Assembly: GCA_034431475.1 (NCBI GenBank)
Contig: DAOUDE010000052.1
Location: 6,825-70,824 of the forward strand
Length of the DNA stretch: 64,000 bases
Source of the DNA: Thermomicrobiales bacterium
GTDB lineage: Bacteria > Chloroflexota > Chloroflexia > Thermomicrobiales > UBA6265
Direction: 5' to 3'
Shown here: piece after piece, positions 10,008 through 19,612 of the stretch
How positions within the stretch are numbered: position 1 is the stretch's first letter
How the letters are laid out: each line of letters starts with the position of its first letter
Notes under the pieces: generated by a model
What the model was told of the DNA's origin: nothing
The model's input: the letters and a program-made list of their open reading frames with translations, nothing else
Databases searched by the model: none
Program-made: the position numbers and the translations under genes

Positions 10008-10904
10008 TCAGCGCATGATTTCTGCGCTGAAGATCAGATAGGCGGATGGCAAGGTCAGGAGAATGGTCAAGATCATGACGATCGCGAACGAGACCTTCTC
10101 TCGTCGGTAGCCGCCCGGGGTGAAATCAACGGAGATCACCCGCAGGCCGTTGAGCGAGTGGTAGATCACCGCCCCCACGAGCAGAATTTCCATCGGAATC
10201 AAGGCCGGCTGGGCATAGAACTCGACCGATGCGTCATACACGCTGCGGCCTAGCCCGATCAAGGCAATATCGATGATATGCACTAACAGGAAGAACAGGA
10301 CGCCAATCCCCGACGCCCGGTGCAGCGCCCAGGCATACTGTCCGGGACCGCCGTTATACACGGGTACCTGCCCACGAAGCAGCGAACGCGCGGCCCACAC
10401 AATCAGCAACAGCGCGCCAACGTACGTCACCACTGCGAACGCGTAGAGCGAAAACCCAATGACGTCCGCAATCCACAGTGCATTGGAGAGTGGCCCCTGG
10501 TCCGCTCCGGCGGCTGCGGCGTCGAAGACGAAAATCGTGATCGTCCCCAAGGCAAAGAACACGAGGCCTACGACCCACATGAGGCCGAATGCGGCCGTGC
10601 GGAGAGCTGGCTTCCGCAGGTAGTCCTGGATCGAGTAGCGCAGGCCCAAAACGCCATGCCAGAGCGCCATCATCAGCAGGAGCCAGTCAAACGTGCGCCA
10701 GAATGGGTTCGCCCAACGACCCGCTACAAAATCAAACGTCGTGTCAGACGGGACGTTGAGATAATGCGTGATGAACAGGTGTCCGCCGGCCAGCAAGACA
10801 AGCATCAGGCCGGAAATGCGCATGAAGTACCAGATCAGGCGCTCCGACCCCGGAATGGTGATGCCGGCGCCACTAACTCTGCGCCCCTCTGCAGCCGAAG
10901 ACAC
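10008..10904 (-). CDS. Seven-TM membrane protein resembling a fused SdhD-SdhC succinate dehydrogenase anchor
   Basis: The N-terminal half (RISGLMLVLLAGGHLFITH ... ALWHGVLGLRYSIQDYL) is SdhD-like. The C-terminal half (HRASGIGVLFFLLVHIID ... VIYHSLNGLRVISVDF) is SdhC-like. About 7 hydrophobic helices by eye. Confidence 0.55.
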   Translation of the reverse strand: MSSAAEGRRVSGAGITIPGSERLIWYFMRISGLMLVLLAGGHLFITHYLNVPSDTTFDFVAGRWANPFWRTFDWLLLMMALWHGVLGLRYSIQDYLRKPALRTAAFGLMWVVGLVFFALGTITIFVFDAAAAGADQGPLSNALWIADVIGFSLYAFAVVTYVGALLLIVWAARSLLRGQVPVYNGGPGQYAWALHRASGIGVLFFLLVHIIDIALIGLGRSVYDASVEFYAQPALIPMEILLVGAVIYHSLNGLRVISVDFTPGGYRREKVSFAIVMILTILLTLPSAYLIFSAEIMR

Positions 10905-10984
10905 GCGTTGTCCCTTTCGATTCAGCCACCAGGCGGTTCACATGAGGAACAGCCCGTCCTGACATTGTACGCGCCCACGGTACG

Positions 10985-11494
10985 CTAGCGATCCGGTACT
11001 TCCCGTTCCCGTTCCCACGTTCCCGAGCGCCCGCCCTCTTTGCGTTCGAGTTGAATTGCCCCGATCACCATGCCTCTATCTACCGCCTTGAGCATGTCGT
11101 AGATGGTCAGGCCGGCGGTGGCCACGGCGGTCAGGGCTTCCATCTCCACTCCTGTACGCCCCCGCGTGGACACCGTGGCGGTGATGAGCACTGCTCGGTC
11201 CTGGAGTTCGAACGCCACATTCACGCCGCTCAGCATGAGTGGATGGCACATGGGAATCAGATCTGGGGTGCGTTTGGCGCCCATGATTGCCGCCACCTGG
11301 GCCACCGCCAGGACATCGCCCTTGGCGGCCTTCCCCTCCCGCACCAGTTGCACGGTTTCCGGCTGCATCTCCACGCGGCCCGTCGCAATGGCGATACGAA
11401 TCGTTTCGTCCTTGCTGCCTACATCAACCATGCGTGCCCGGCCACTCGCATCGAAGTGGGTCAGGTCTCGAGAGTGGTCGTCAGCCATGCCCAC
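10985..11494 (-). CDS. moaC: Cyclic pyranopterin monophosphate synthase MoaC
   Basis: 169-aa ORF with a typical MoaC sequence ([16 protein letters not shown]...IPMCHPL...[10 protein letters not shown]). Confidence 0.9.
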   Translation of the reverse strand: MGMADDHSRDLTHFDASGRARMVDVGSKDETIRIAIATGRVEMQPETVQLVREGKAAKGDVLAVAQVAAIMGAKRTPDLIPMCHPLMLSGVNVAFELQDRAVLITATVSTRGRTGVEMEALTAVATAGLTIYDMLKAVDRGMVIGAIQLERKEGGRSGTWEREREVPDR

Positions 11495-12350
11495 CTCCGG
11501 CCAGCGCTACCGCCGGTGACCCCGCGGCGCGGACCCAGGATGCCGCAGCCCGCGCAAACCAGCGCTCGCCGTCATGCCGGCAGACCACCGGTAGCCCAAA
11601 GCATGTGCTGAGGTTCTCACTGGTCAGGATGTCGTCGATAGGTCCGTCGGCTACGGCCCTCCCGCCATTGAGGAGGAGCGCGTGGGTGGTGCTGCCCGGT
11701 AGTTCTTCCAGGTGGTGACTGACGATTACGGAGGTCATCTCAGGCCGCTCGAGCGCGAGGCGGTCCAACGCCGCGATCAGCGCTTCGCGGGCTGCGAGGT
11801 CCAACCCAACGGCCGGCTCGTCGAGCAAGAGCAACCGAGGCTGCGTCACCAACGCGCGCGCGATTCTGATTCGGCCACGTTCGCCCTGGGAGCAGGTCTT
11901 GATTTCCCGGTCGGCGAGTTCACCGCAACCGAGCAGTTCCAGCATGTTCCGGGCCCGGACGCGATCACCGTCGGTGTAGTTCCACCAGAGGGGACGCAAC
12001 GTAGAGCCAATGCCAGTGAGCACCACCTCTTCGCCCGTGAGCCAGTCAAGCGACTGCGCGCCTGATTCCACGTAGCCAATCGACTCTCGCAGCTTGGGGA
12101 TGTCGGTCTTGCCGAACTGTGACGCCAGTACGGAAACGTGGCCTCTGCTGGGATGCCTCACAGCCCCCGCCAGCGTGAGAGTGGTGCTCTTGCCAGAGCC
12201 GTTCGGACCCAGCAGCGCCCAGCGTTCGCCGATTCCCACGTGCCACGTCAGGCGATCCAGGATGGTCGGTCCGTTGGCGATCCAGACGGAAACATCATCG
12301 AACTGGATGGCAAGCGACGGGATCCGGGTAACTTGGTTAATTGCCGTCAT
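11481..12350 (-). CDS. ABC transporter ATP-binding protein (single NBD, no adjacent permease)
   Basis: Walker [10 protein letters not shown], signature CSQGERGR, Walker B LLLLDEP. It overlaps moaC by 14 nt and the upstream FAH gene by 4 nt. Confidence 0.85.
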   Translation of the reverse strand: MTAINQVTRIPSLAIQFDDVSVWIANGPTILDRLTWHVGIGERWALLGPNGSGKSTTLTLAGAVRHPSRGHVSVLASQFGKTDIPKLRESIGYVESGAQSLDWLTGEEVVLTGIGSTLRPLWWNYTDGDRVRARNMLELLGCGELADREIKTCSQGERGRIRIARALVTQPRLLLLDEPAVGLDLAAREALIAALDRLALERPEMTSVIVSHHLEELPGSTTHALLLNGGRAVADGPIDDILTSENLSTCFGLPVVCRHDGERWFARAAASWVRAAGSPAVALAGGGHG

Positions 12351-13213
12351 ACCTCGATGCGTTCAACAGCGTTCGTAAGCGAGCCAATGGGCTCGATGGT
12401 GATGGTCACCGTGTCGCCATCTCGCAAGGTAAATTCCGACGGCGGGACGATACCTGTCCCGGTCATCAGGAAGACACCGGCGGGAAAAGCATTGCCCCGG
12501 AAGAGGTATGTGACCAGATCACCAAAGGTGCGGTGCATGCGCGAGGTGCCCGTCTCCTCGGAGAAGAGCAGGTCGCCATCACGCTCGATCTCCAGCTTGA
12601 TCGGCAGATCGGTCGGATCCACGATCTCGTCGGTCAGGACCACGACGGGGCCAAGGCCGGCGCACTGGGCGTACACCTTGGCCTGCGGGAGATAGAGTGG
12701 ATTTTCGCCCTCGATCGAACGCGACGAGACGTCGTTGCCAATCGTGTAGCCCACCACCTCGCCGCCGGCATTCACGAGCAGCACCAGCTCTGGCTCTGGG
12801 ACATCCCAGCCAGAATCGCTCCGGATGCCAACCGAGCCACCAGGCCCGACTACGCGGCTGGGTGTTGCCTTCAGGAAGATCTCGGGGCGATCCGCATCGT
12901 AAACCCGGTCATACACATCGCTCTGGGAAGACTCCTCCATCCGAGCGTTGCGAGACCGCAGGTAGGTCACGCCCGCTGCCCACACTTCCTGGGCGTCAAT
13001 TGGGGCAGCCAGGGTCACTGAGGCCAGCGGCACGCCGTCCCCGTTCGATGCAGCATTCGCCAGCACGGTCATCATGGCCTGGCGGTCCAGCCCGAGAGCC
13101 TCGGTCAGGCTCGAGGCCCCCCCCGCCTGGGCGACGTCGATAACCTGGTCGCCGTTGATCACACCAAACTGCGGCGTCGTTTCAGCGCCCGAAGTGAACT
13201 GGCAAATGCGCAC
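12347..13213 (-). CDS. Fumarylacetoacetate hydrolase (FAH) family protein
   Basis: 288-aa ORF with an FAH-fold C-terminal domain pattern (EPELVLLV...IGNDVSSR...GTGIVPP). Confidence 0.8.
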   Translation of the reverse strand: MRICQFTSGAETTPQFGVINGDQVIDVAQAGGASSLTEALGLDRQAMMTVLANAASNGDGVPLASVTLAAPIDAQEVWAAGVTYLRSRNARMEESSQSDVYDRVYDADRPEIFLKATPSRVVGPGGSVGIRSDSGWDVPEPELVLLVNAGGEVVGYTIGNDVSSRSIEGENPLYLPQAKVYAQCAGLGPVVVLTDEIVDPTDLPIKLEIERDGDLLFSEETGTSRMHRTFGDLVTYLFRGNAFPAGVFLMTGTGIVPPSEFTLRDGDTVTITIEPIGSLTNAVERIEV

Positions 13214-13263
13214 GCTGTCTCCCTATCGGTCATTGGGCCGCCGTCGCGAGACCCACGGCCTTG

Positions 13264-13554
13264 CTACGCGCCTTCTATTCGCCGCACCCGTCGCGGCAGA
13301 CTCTCGAAAAGCGCCATGAGTTGGGCCTCGCCCATGCTGGAAACGAGATCAAGGTCCACACCGGCATCTGCGAGGGAGCGACGAAAGCGAAGCACCAGGG
13401 CGAGTTCCTGCGGCCGCAGGTCGTAGCCGTACCGAGCAAGTGTGGATTCCAGGTTCGTGTTCGCTTCTTCTCGAAAGGTGGCATCGCTCATGGCCTGCTC
13501 GGCAAGGCGTTGCAGCACCTCGATTCGCACCGATTCGTCATCATCCTGAACCAC
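13264..13554 (-). CDS. Small acidic helical protein (96 aa), function unknown
   Basis: ORF with high GC3, 50 nt upstream of the FAH gene on the same strand. The N-terminal helix pattern (AMSDATFREEANTNLESTLARYGYDLRPQE) is reminiscent of NHLP/LigA-like helical domains. Confidence 0.5.
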   Translation of the reverse strand: MVQDDDESVRIEVLQRLAEQAMSDATFREEANTNLESTLARYGYDLRPQELALVLRFRRSLADAGVDLDLVSSMGEAQLMALFESLPRRVRRIEGA

Positions 13555-13652
13555 GTTAATGCCATCCCTCGGCCGGTGATGTTATGGTCTGAGCGACGAT
13601 TGTACATGCGTCGCCGTGACGCTGTGACGATGCAGCGCCTGATGCGTGGTCA

Positions 13653-15401
13653 GTGAGGACGCAGCACATGGCAGAACAGGACGCCAGACCGACGGCGGAA
13701 CACGAAAAGGCAACGGTGACTCCCGTTGTGCCCGATGTCCGCTGCCCGGCGTGCGGCGCGGAAATAGGCGGCACGAACGACTACGCCCGGTTTCGGGCCT
13801 GCCCTGCCTGTGGCCATCACTTCCCTGAATCTGCACGTGCCTGTATCGCCCGGCTCGTTGACCCTGGCAGCTTCAAGGAGCGAGACTCGGATCTCGTCTC
13901 GTCCGATCCTCTTCACTTTGAAGATGAAGCCGCGTACCGGGATCGCCTGCGCGATCTGCGCGATAGGACCGGCGAGCGCGACGCGCTCGTCACGGGCACG
14001 GCCCGGATCAACGGCATTGAAGTCGCCATCGCCGCGCTCGATTTCAGCTTCCTCGGCGGCAGCATGGGTGTGGTCGTGGGAGAAAAGCTGGCTCGCATCG
14101 TCGAACATGCCAGCGAGCGCAAGTCGCCGCTCATTACCGTGTCATCGAGCGGCGGCGCGCGCATGCAGGAAGGCATGCTTTCCCTGCTCCAGATGGCGAA
14201 AACGGCAGCCGCCGTGCAGCGCCTGCATGAGGCCGGAGTGCCGTACATTTCGATCCTGCGTAACCCAACGACGGGCGGTGTCTTTGCGTCCTTCGCCAAC
14301 CTCGGCGATGTCACGCTCGCTGAACCGGGCGCGCTTATCGGTTTCGCCGGTCCCCGTGTCGCCGAACAGGTCATGGGCGCCAAGCTGCCGCCTGGTTCGC
14401 ATACGGCAGAGTTTCTGCTTCATCGGGGGATGATCGACGCCATCGTGGGCCGCTCCGATCAGCGGGCCTATCTGTCCACGCTGCTGGAAGTCCTCACCTC
14501 ACCGCGCAAGGGGCACGACCGAAGGCCCCGTCGCATCCGGCGTGACGCGGCGTCCGCGCATTTGGTTGCCTGGGAGGCCGTGCAGCGAGCCCGCGCCATT
14601 GATCGGCTGACAAGCGCTGACTATCTGCAACTCATGGTCGAGCGTTTTGTAGAGTTGCACGGTGATCGGGCCTCTGGCGACGACCCTGCCATCATCGCCG
14701 GTCTTGGAACACTCCATGGCCACCCGGTCGCCGTCATTGCCATGGAACGCGGGCACGGGGAAGATCGCGTTCGCCGGCACGAGGGCCGGACGTATCCGGA
14801 GGGATACCGGAAAGCTCGTCGCATCATGGATCTTGCCGAACGCTTGCAGGTCCCCCTCCTCACGCTCATAGACACACCGGGCGCGTACCCCGGCATCGAG
14901 TCCGAGGAGCGAGGGCTCGCCAGCGAGATCGCCGCGTCACTCGCCCGCATGAGCAGCCTGCGCACGCCCATCGTCTCGGCGGTCATCGGCGAAGGCGGCA
15001 GCGGGGGTGCGCTCGCCCTTGCCGTGGCGGATCGGGTGCTGATGCTGGAGGGGGCGATCTACTCGGTCATCGCGCCCGAAGGGGCAGCGGCCATTCTGTA
15101 TCGCGACGTGCAGCGGGCCCCCGAGGTATCGTCGAAACTCAAGCTCACCGCCCCCGAGTTGCGAGCGCTTGGCATCGTCGATGAGATCATTCCGGAGCCG
15201 CTTGCGGCAGAGCCGGCATCAGTTGCGGCGTCGCTCGCGGCGGCGATCGCCGATTCCCTGGCCAGATTGCAGCGCAAGAAAGTGGCACGGGTCGTCGATG
15301 ACCGCTACGAACGATACCGGCGTGTTGGTCGGCCCTATGCGCAAGCGCCGCGCCGGCTCAGGATCCCGAGCCGGCGCGGACCAGACACCCGTGTGAGCTA
15401 G
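13653..15401 (+). CDS. accD: Acetyl-CoA carboxylase carboxyltransferase, fused beta (AccD) and alpha (AccA) subunits
   Basis: 582-aa ORF. The N-terminus has the AccD zinc ribbon (CPACGAEI...CPACGHHF) and a CT-beta domain. The C-terminal half is AccA-like (GRTYPEGYRKARRIMDLAERLQVPLLTLIDTPGAYPG). Start is GTG 13653 or ATG 13668. Confidence 0.85.
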   Translation: MRTQHMAEQDARPTAEHEKATVTPVVPDVRCPACGAEIGGTNDYARFRACPACGHHFPESARACIARLVDPGSFKERDSDLVSSDPLHFEDEAAYRDRLRDLRDRTGERDALVTGTARINGIEVAIAALDFSFLGGSMGVVVGEKLARIVEHASERKSPLITVSSSGGARMQEGMLSLLQMAKTAAAVQRLHEAGVPYISILRNPTTGGVFASFANLGDVTLAEPGALIGFAGPRVAEQVMGAKLPPGSHTAEFLLHRGMIDAIVGRSDQRAYLSTLLEVLTSPRKGHDRRPRRIRRDAASAHLVAWEAVQRARAIDRLTSADYLQLMVERFVELHGDRASGDDPAIIAGLGTLHGHPVAVIAMERGHGEDRVRRHEGRTYPEGYRKARRIMDLAERLQVPLLTLIDTPGAYPGIESEERGLASEIAASLARMSSLRTPIVSAVIGEGGSGGALALAVADRVLMLEGAIYSVIAPEGAAAILYRDVQRAPEVSSKLKLTAPELRALGIVDEIIPEPLAAEPASVAASLAAAIADSLARLQRKKVARVVDDRYERYRRVGRPYAQAPRRLRIPSRRGPDTRVS

Positions 15402-16399
15402 CGTGCAGCGGCGGGCGTCCGCGCCCAGACGGGGGTAACCCAGTGCTGGTAGCGCGGTTCACGCCCGCGCAACGCATCGTCGAAGACATGCTCCAGCGCC
15501 GACGTAATCGGGCCGATTTCGCCATTGCCGACCTGGTAGTGATCGACACTCACGACCGGCGTAATCTCGGCGGCGGTGCCGCAGGTGAACATCTCATCCG
15601 CGAGATAGAGTTCGGTACGGTCTACCGGCCGCTCCTCGACCTCCAGCCCGAGTACCTCACGCGCGAGCACGATCAGCGCGTCGCGCGTGATGCTCTCGAG
15701 GATGCCGCTTCCCACGTCAGGCGTCACTAACTTGCCCCGCGTCACCATCATGACGCATGCGCCCGGCCCCTCCGATACCTTACCCTGCTGATTGAGCAGG
15801 AATGCGGTGTCGTAGCCGTCAGCCACCGCTTCCATGCGCGCCAGTTGGCTGTTACGGTAGTTAGAGAGGTTCTTGATGCGCGGTGGCATCACATCTTCGG
15901 AGATGCGCCGCCAGGAGCTGACACGAGCATGGTGCTTCACCCCGGACTTGAGGTGCGTAGCCATGGGATCCGTGTTGATCAGCAACGCGGCCTGCTCGCC
16001 CATCTGCGAGAAGCGCTTGTTGCCCGACCCCGCGCCATAGGCCAACGGCCGCACGTACGTGTCTTCGTGCGTGTCGTTAATCCGCAGGAGTTCGGTGCAG
16101 GCATCCGTCAGCGTCTCAAGGCTGTAGTCAAGCCCGAGCCGGACGAGGCGCATGGACCGCTCCAGGCGCTCCAGGTGCTCCTGAAGCCGGAAGACGTACA
16201 ACTCGCCATCACCCTGGTAGGCGCGGATGCCTTCGAAGACACCCCCAACTGTTGACCACCCGAGCTCGGTGACATGAATGGTGCATTCATTCCAGGGGCG
16301 AATCTCGCCATTCCACCAAACAAACGCGGGATTCTTCGATTCCTGGGACACGAGGGCCTCCTGATTGTCCGGCGCTCCTGTGCGACGGGAACTGCTCAA
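15398..16399 (-). CDS. ilvE: Branched-chain amino acid aminotransferase
   Basis: 333-aa ORF with class-IV aminotransferase motifs (FEGIRAY, TCGTAAEITPV). The start may be slightly internal. Confidence 0.9.
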   Translation of the reverse strand: MSSSRRTGAPDNQEALVSQESKNPAFVWWNGEIRPWNECTIHVTELGWSTVGGVFEGIRAYQGDGELYVFRLQEHLERLERSMRLVRLGLDYSLETLTDACTELLRINDTHEDTYVRPLAYGAGSGNKRFSQMGEQAALLINTDPMATHLKSGVKHHARVSSWRRISEDVMPPRIKNLSNYRNSQLARMEAVADGYDTAFLLNQQGKVSEGPGACVMMVTRGKLVTPDVGSGILESITRDALIVLAREVLGLEVEERPVDRTELYLADEMFTCGTAAEITPVVSVDHYQVGNGEIGPITSALEHVFDDALRGREPRYQHWVTPVWARTPAAAR

Positions 16400-16469
16400 T
16401 CGGGGCGGAAGTATCTCACGGCCCGTGCCCGGAAATCACGGCACGCGTGACGTCGAATGGCAGTGAAAA

Positions 16470-16498
16470 GGGCCGGGGTGGTTGAACCACCCCGGCCC
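16470..16498 (-). terminator. Intrinsic terminator after the ABC substrate-binding protein gene
   Basis: 12-bp stem GGGCCGGGGTGG / CCACCCCGGCCC with a 5-nt loop, followed on the minus strand by CUUUUC, 20 nt past the stop. Confidence 0.6.
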
Positions 16499-16517
16499 CG
16501 TGTTCCCTGCGTGCAGG

Positions 16518-18311
16518 CTACTCTTCGCGTCCTTCGATGGCGACCTTGGCCATCATCTGGACGAAGATGTTGCCGTCTGGGACCGTGAAGCCCTGCCGAT
16601 TCATTGGAACGTCCTTCAGCCAGGGCTTGAAGGCATAGTTGTCCACGCGGTAGACAACCGGGATGTATCCGACGTCTCCCTGGATCACCTTCTCCGCCTG
16701 CTTGTAGATCTCGAGGCGTGCTTCCGGATCCGGCACGGCCTTGCCCTGGTTGACCAGATCATCGAATTCAGCGTTCGACCAGGCCTGCCGCTTGCCGGAA
16801 GACTTCTGGCTGTAGAACATGTCCCCGTAGCCGTTGTTCGGATCCGGGTAGTCGTACCACCAGCGAATCCAGATAAGCTGGAACTCGTTCTTGAAGAGTT
16901 CGGGCCGCCACGTCTCACCCGGCCAGACCTGAATGTTGATGTTCATCCCCAGGTTTTCCTGGAGCTGCGCCACGATATCGTTCGCCATGAGGTCGGAGTT
17001 GTAGACCTCTTCCGACCCGCGCATATTGAGCGTGATCTCGGGCCAGTTCTTGCCGCCCTCGTACGGGGTGCCAACCAACTGCTCCATGGCCAGCGCCGGG
17101 TCGAACTTCTGCATATCGTTGATCTCGGGATCATCGAAGAAGCCGAAGACGCCCGTGGGGACCATACAGTAGGCCTCAGCGGCCTGCCCGTTCGTCAGTG
17201 CCACGAGGCGGCTGCGGTCCACCGCGTGACTGAGGGCACGGCGGACCTTGAGTCCGACCTCGTCATTCTGGAACGGCTCGATACCGTTAGACGGCACCAG
17301 CATCCAGATGCCCGGATAGACGTATTTGCGGAGCAGCTGGGAGAGCTCAGCATCGTCTTGATAACGCGTGAGGTCCGAGGCAGGAATGGGCGCCCAGTCC
17401 AGCTTCTGATCGCCTTCGCCGCGCTCGAACGCCAGCACGGTCGATTCGGACGGGATGATTGGCTCGAAGACCTTGGTGACGCGCATGTTCTCGGCGTCCC
17501 AGTGGCCTTCGTTCTTCGACAGCTCGATGACGACGTCGTGTTCCCACTTGTCCAGCTTCAGGATGCCGTTCGACCAGAGAGGAACTTCGCCGTTCGCCCA
17601 GGAATCGGACCCATACTCCTCGATCGCCCACTGCGCGCCGGGGACAGCCGCCGTGTAGCCAGCTACCTGTGGGAAGTAGGCACGCGGCCCTTCCATGGTT
17701 ACTTCGAGCGTCCAGTCGTCAAGTGCCTTCATGCCAAGATCTTCGGGCTTGACCCCCTCTTCACCGAGGTTGTACTTCTCGGCGTTCTTGATGTCGAAGA
17801 GGAAACCGGCATACGCTGCGGCATTCGCGGGGTTGAGCTGGCGCTCCCAGGAATACACGAAGTCCTGTGCCGTAACCGCCTTGGTATCCGTGCCATTCGT
17901 CCAGCCGATGTTGTCCGGCCGCAGCTTGAAGGTCCAGACCGAGGCGTCATCATTGGACGTGAACTCGGAGGCCCAGTCAGGAACCGCGTTCAGGTCCGGA
18001 TCGAATGTCAGCAGGCCGGAGTACACGGCCGGTTCGGCGTTGCAGTACAGGTTCAGGTTGAAGTCGAACGAAGTCGGGTCGTCCTGGCGCCCGAATTGGT
18101 AGAGGACCTGCTCCTCGCTGTCCTGCATGGCGTAGAAGCGGTGGCGGGGCGCGGCGGAAACGCCCGGCCCAACATACTTCTCCATGCCGGCAACGGTAAC
18201 CGTGCCAGCGGCGGCCGCAGCGGCGATCTTCAGGAAATCCCGTCGTGCCACGCCCGCGCTCTTGAAGCGCTTCGCGAGAATCCCAAGCTGTTCTTCTTTA
18301 CGACTGACCAT
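16518..18311 (-). CDS. ABC transporter substrate-binding protein, family 5 (peptide/nickel type), Tat signal
   Basis: 597-aa ORF with the N-terminal twin-arginine motif RRDFLKIAAAAAAGT. The size and composition are typical of DppA/OppA-like SBPs. Confidence 0.9.
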   Translation of the reverse strand: MVSRKEEQLGILAKRFKSAGVARRDFLKIAAAAAAGTVTVAGMEKYVGPGVSAAPRHRFYAMQDSEEQVLYQFGRQDDPTSFDFNLNLYCNAEPAVYSGLLTFDPDLNAVPDWASEFTSNDDASVWTFKLRPDNIGWTNGTDTKAVTAQDFVYSWERQLNPANAAAYAGFLFDIKNAEKYNLGEEGVKPEDLGMKALDDWTLEVTMEGPRAYFPQVAGYTAAVPGAQWAIEEYGSDSWANGEVPLWSNGILKLDKWEHDVVIELSKNEGHWDAENMRVTKVFEPIIPSESTVLAFERGEGDQKLDWAPIPASDLTRYQDDAELSQLLRKYVYPGIWMLVPSNGIEPFQNDEVGLKVRRALSHAVDRSRLVALTNGQAAEAYCMVPTGVFGFFDDPEINDMQKFDPALAMEQLVGTPYEGGKNWPEITLNMRGSEEVYNSDLMANDIVAQLQENLGMNINIQVWPGETWRPELFKNEFQLIWIRWWYDYPDPNNGYGDMFYSQKSSGKRQAWSNAEFDDLVNQGKAVPDPEARLEIYKQAEKVIQGDVGYIPVVYRVDNYAFKPWLKDVPMNRQGFTVPDGNIFVQMMAKVAIEGREE

Positions 18312-18526
18312 CTACACGCTCCCTTTCTGCGACTTCGCGTTCCGGTTCACGTTCCTGATGTCTCCGTATCGCAATCTTTACACATTTGACAACCGTTCGT
18401 CGGGTACGCGGTTCACGCTCCTCCAGTGACATGACCGCATCACTCGCCGCCGCCACGCTCCGGGCTTGAGAGTTGGCGACTGTCTCGGTTTACCCCACGA
18501 GTCAGGTTCCAGCATCGCGCGGGAGA

Positions 18527-19561
18527 TCACCCGCGGCTCCCCTTGGGATCGAGCGCATCGCGCAGGCCGTCACCCAGGAAGGAGAACCCCAGCATGGTGA
18601 GTCCAATGGCCAGAACCGGGAAAAGCAGCATGTGCGGATCAGTGACGATGTATCCCGGCTTGGCCCCGTCGGCCACCATCTGGCCCCAACTGGCCTGCGG
18701 CGGACGGATACCGACTCCAATGAAACTCAGCGCCGCTTCGGTGAAGATCGCCGTCGGGATGCCGAAGGTCAGCGCCACGATGATCGGCGTCAGGCTGTTT
18801 GGCAACATATGCTTGCGGATGATGTACCCGCCGCCCGCGCCAACAACTCGCGCCGCCTGGACGTACTCCTGTTCTCGCAGGGACAGGAACTGGCCACGCA
18901 CCAGGCGCGCCTCGGTCACCCACCCCACAAGCCCGATGGCCAGGAAGATGTTGAGCAGCCCCGGGCCCCACCAGTTGACGAACAGGAGCACCATCAGCAA
19001 TTGGGGAATGGCGTAGATGACATCCACGAGCCGCATGAGCACATTGTCAGTGGCGCCGCCGAAGTATCCGGCGATTGCACCCAGCGGAATGCCGATTAAC
19101 AGCACAATTGCCTGCGCGAGGACGCCCACGACGAGCGACACCTGCGCGCCATACACCATGCGGCTGAAGATATCCCGGCCGTTTGCATCCAGGCCCATCG
19201 GCCAGGTCCAGGATGGATGGTGCCGGGCCAACCGAAAGTCAACGACCTCGGCCTGCCCGTAGGGTGCGATCACCGACGCGAAGATGGCAATGAGCGAGAA
19301 CGCCACGACGATGACGAGTCCCAGAATTGCCAGCTTGTTCTTTCGGAGACGCCGCCAGGCATCGCTCCACAGGCTCCGCTGCTTTCGCGCCGTGAGGTCG
19401 CCGCCGAGCACGGTCGTTGCCGCCTGGTGTTGCCCGGGTTGCCGCTCTTCATCGATGAGTTCTTCGACATCCCAGTTTGGCGCAGGCATCGCGGTATCGG
19501 TTTCCCGCAGCGACAGCACAAGTGGTGTCATTGGCTGACCCTGGGATTGCGACTGTGCCAT
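18527..19561 (-). CDS. ABC transporter permease (DppC/OppC-like)
   Basis: 344-aa multi-TM ORF with the EAA-type loop of the binding-protein-dependent permease family. Confidence 0.9.
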   Translation of the reverse strand: MAQSQSQGQPMTPLVLSLRETDTAMPAPNWDVEELIDEERQPGQHQAATTVLGGDLTARKQRSLWSDAWRRLRKNKLAILGLVIVVAFSLIAIFASVIAPYGQAEVVDFRLARHHPSWTWPMGLDANGRDIFSRMVYGAQVSLVVGVLAQAIVLLIGIPLGAIAGYFGGATDNVLMRLVDVIYAIPQLLMVLLFVNWWGPGLLNIFLAIGLVGWVTEARLVRGQFLSLREQEYVQAARVVGAGGGYIIRKHMLPNSLTPIIVALTFGIPTAIFTEAALSFIGVGIRPPQASWGQMVADGAKPGYIVTDPHMLLFPVLAIGLTMLGFSFLGDGLRDALDPKGSRG

Positions 19562-19592
19562 GCAAGGTCCCTCGATTTCGCGAAAACATCAA

Positions 19593-19612
19593 GGGAGGCG
19601 ACGTTGCCTCCC
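19593..19612 (-). terminator. Intercistronic hairpin plus U-rich tract between the two permease genes (possible attenuator or mRNA stabiliser)
   Basis: Minus strand reads GGGAGGC-AACGUC-GCCUCCC followed by UUGAUGUUUUCG. Confidence 0.35.

Noticed and set aside
13264-13554. Possible NHLP-type RiPP precursor, based on an N-terminal helical region resembling nitrile-hydratase-like leader peptides.
   Set aside because: There is no C-terminal Gly-Gly cleavage motif and no Cys/Ser/Thr-rich core. There are also no cyclodehydratase, radical SAM, lanthionine synthetase or C39-peptidase ABC exporter genes nearby. The neighbours are an FAH hydrolase and an orphan NBD.
16482-18389. Very long ORFs antisense to clearly identified genes. 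Examples: 16482..18389 opposite the SBP gene, 54089..55678 opposite sdhA, 44449..45705, 46654..48213 opposite rho, 52747..53916 (389 aa, the same length as the M20 gene it mirrors), 3698..4957, 4839..6011 and 458..1612.
   Set aside because: Such ORFs are typical of GC-rich DNA, where stop codons are rare in the antisense frame. The translations are Arg/Pro/Ala/Gly-rich with no motifs, and each is fully covered by a gene with unmistakable family signatures.
18380-18426. 12-codon mini-ORF (GTG AAC CGC ... TAA, minus strand) behind GGAGGAG in the permease-SBP spacer, as a possible leader peptide.
   Set aside because: The SD-to-start spacing is only 1-3 nt, and nothing in the peptide suggests an attenuation mechanism.
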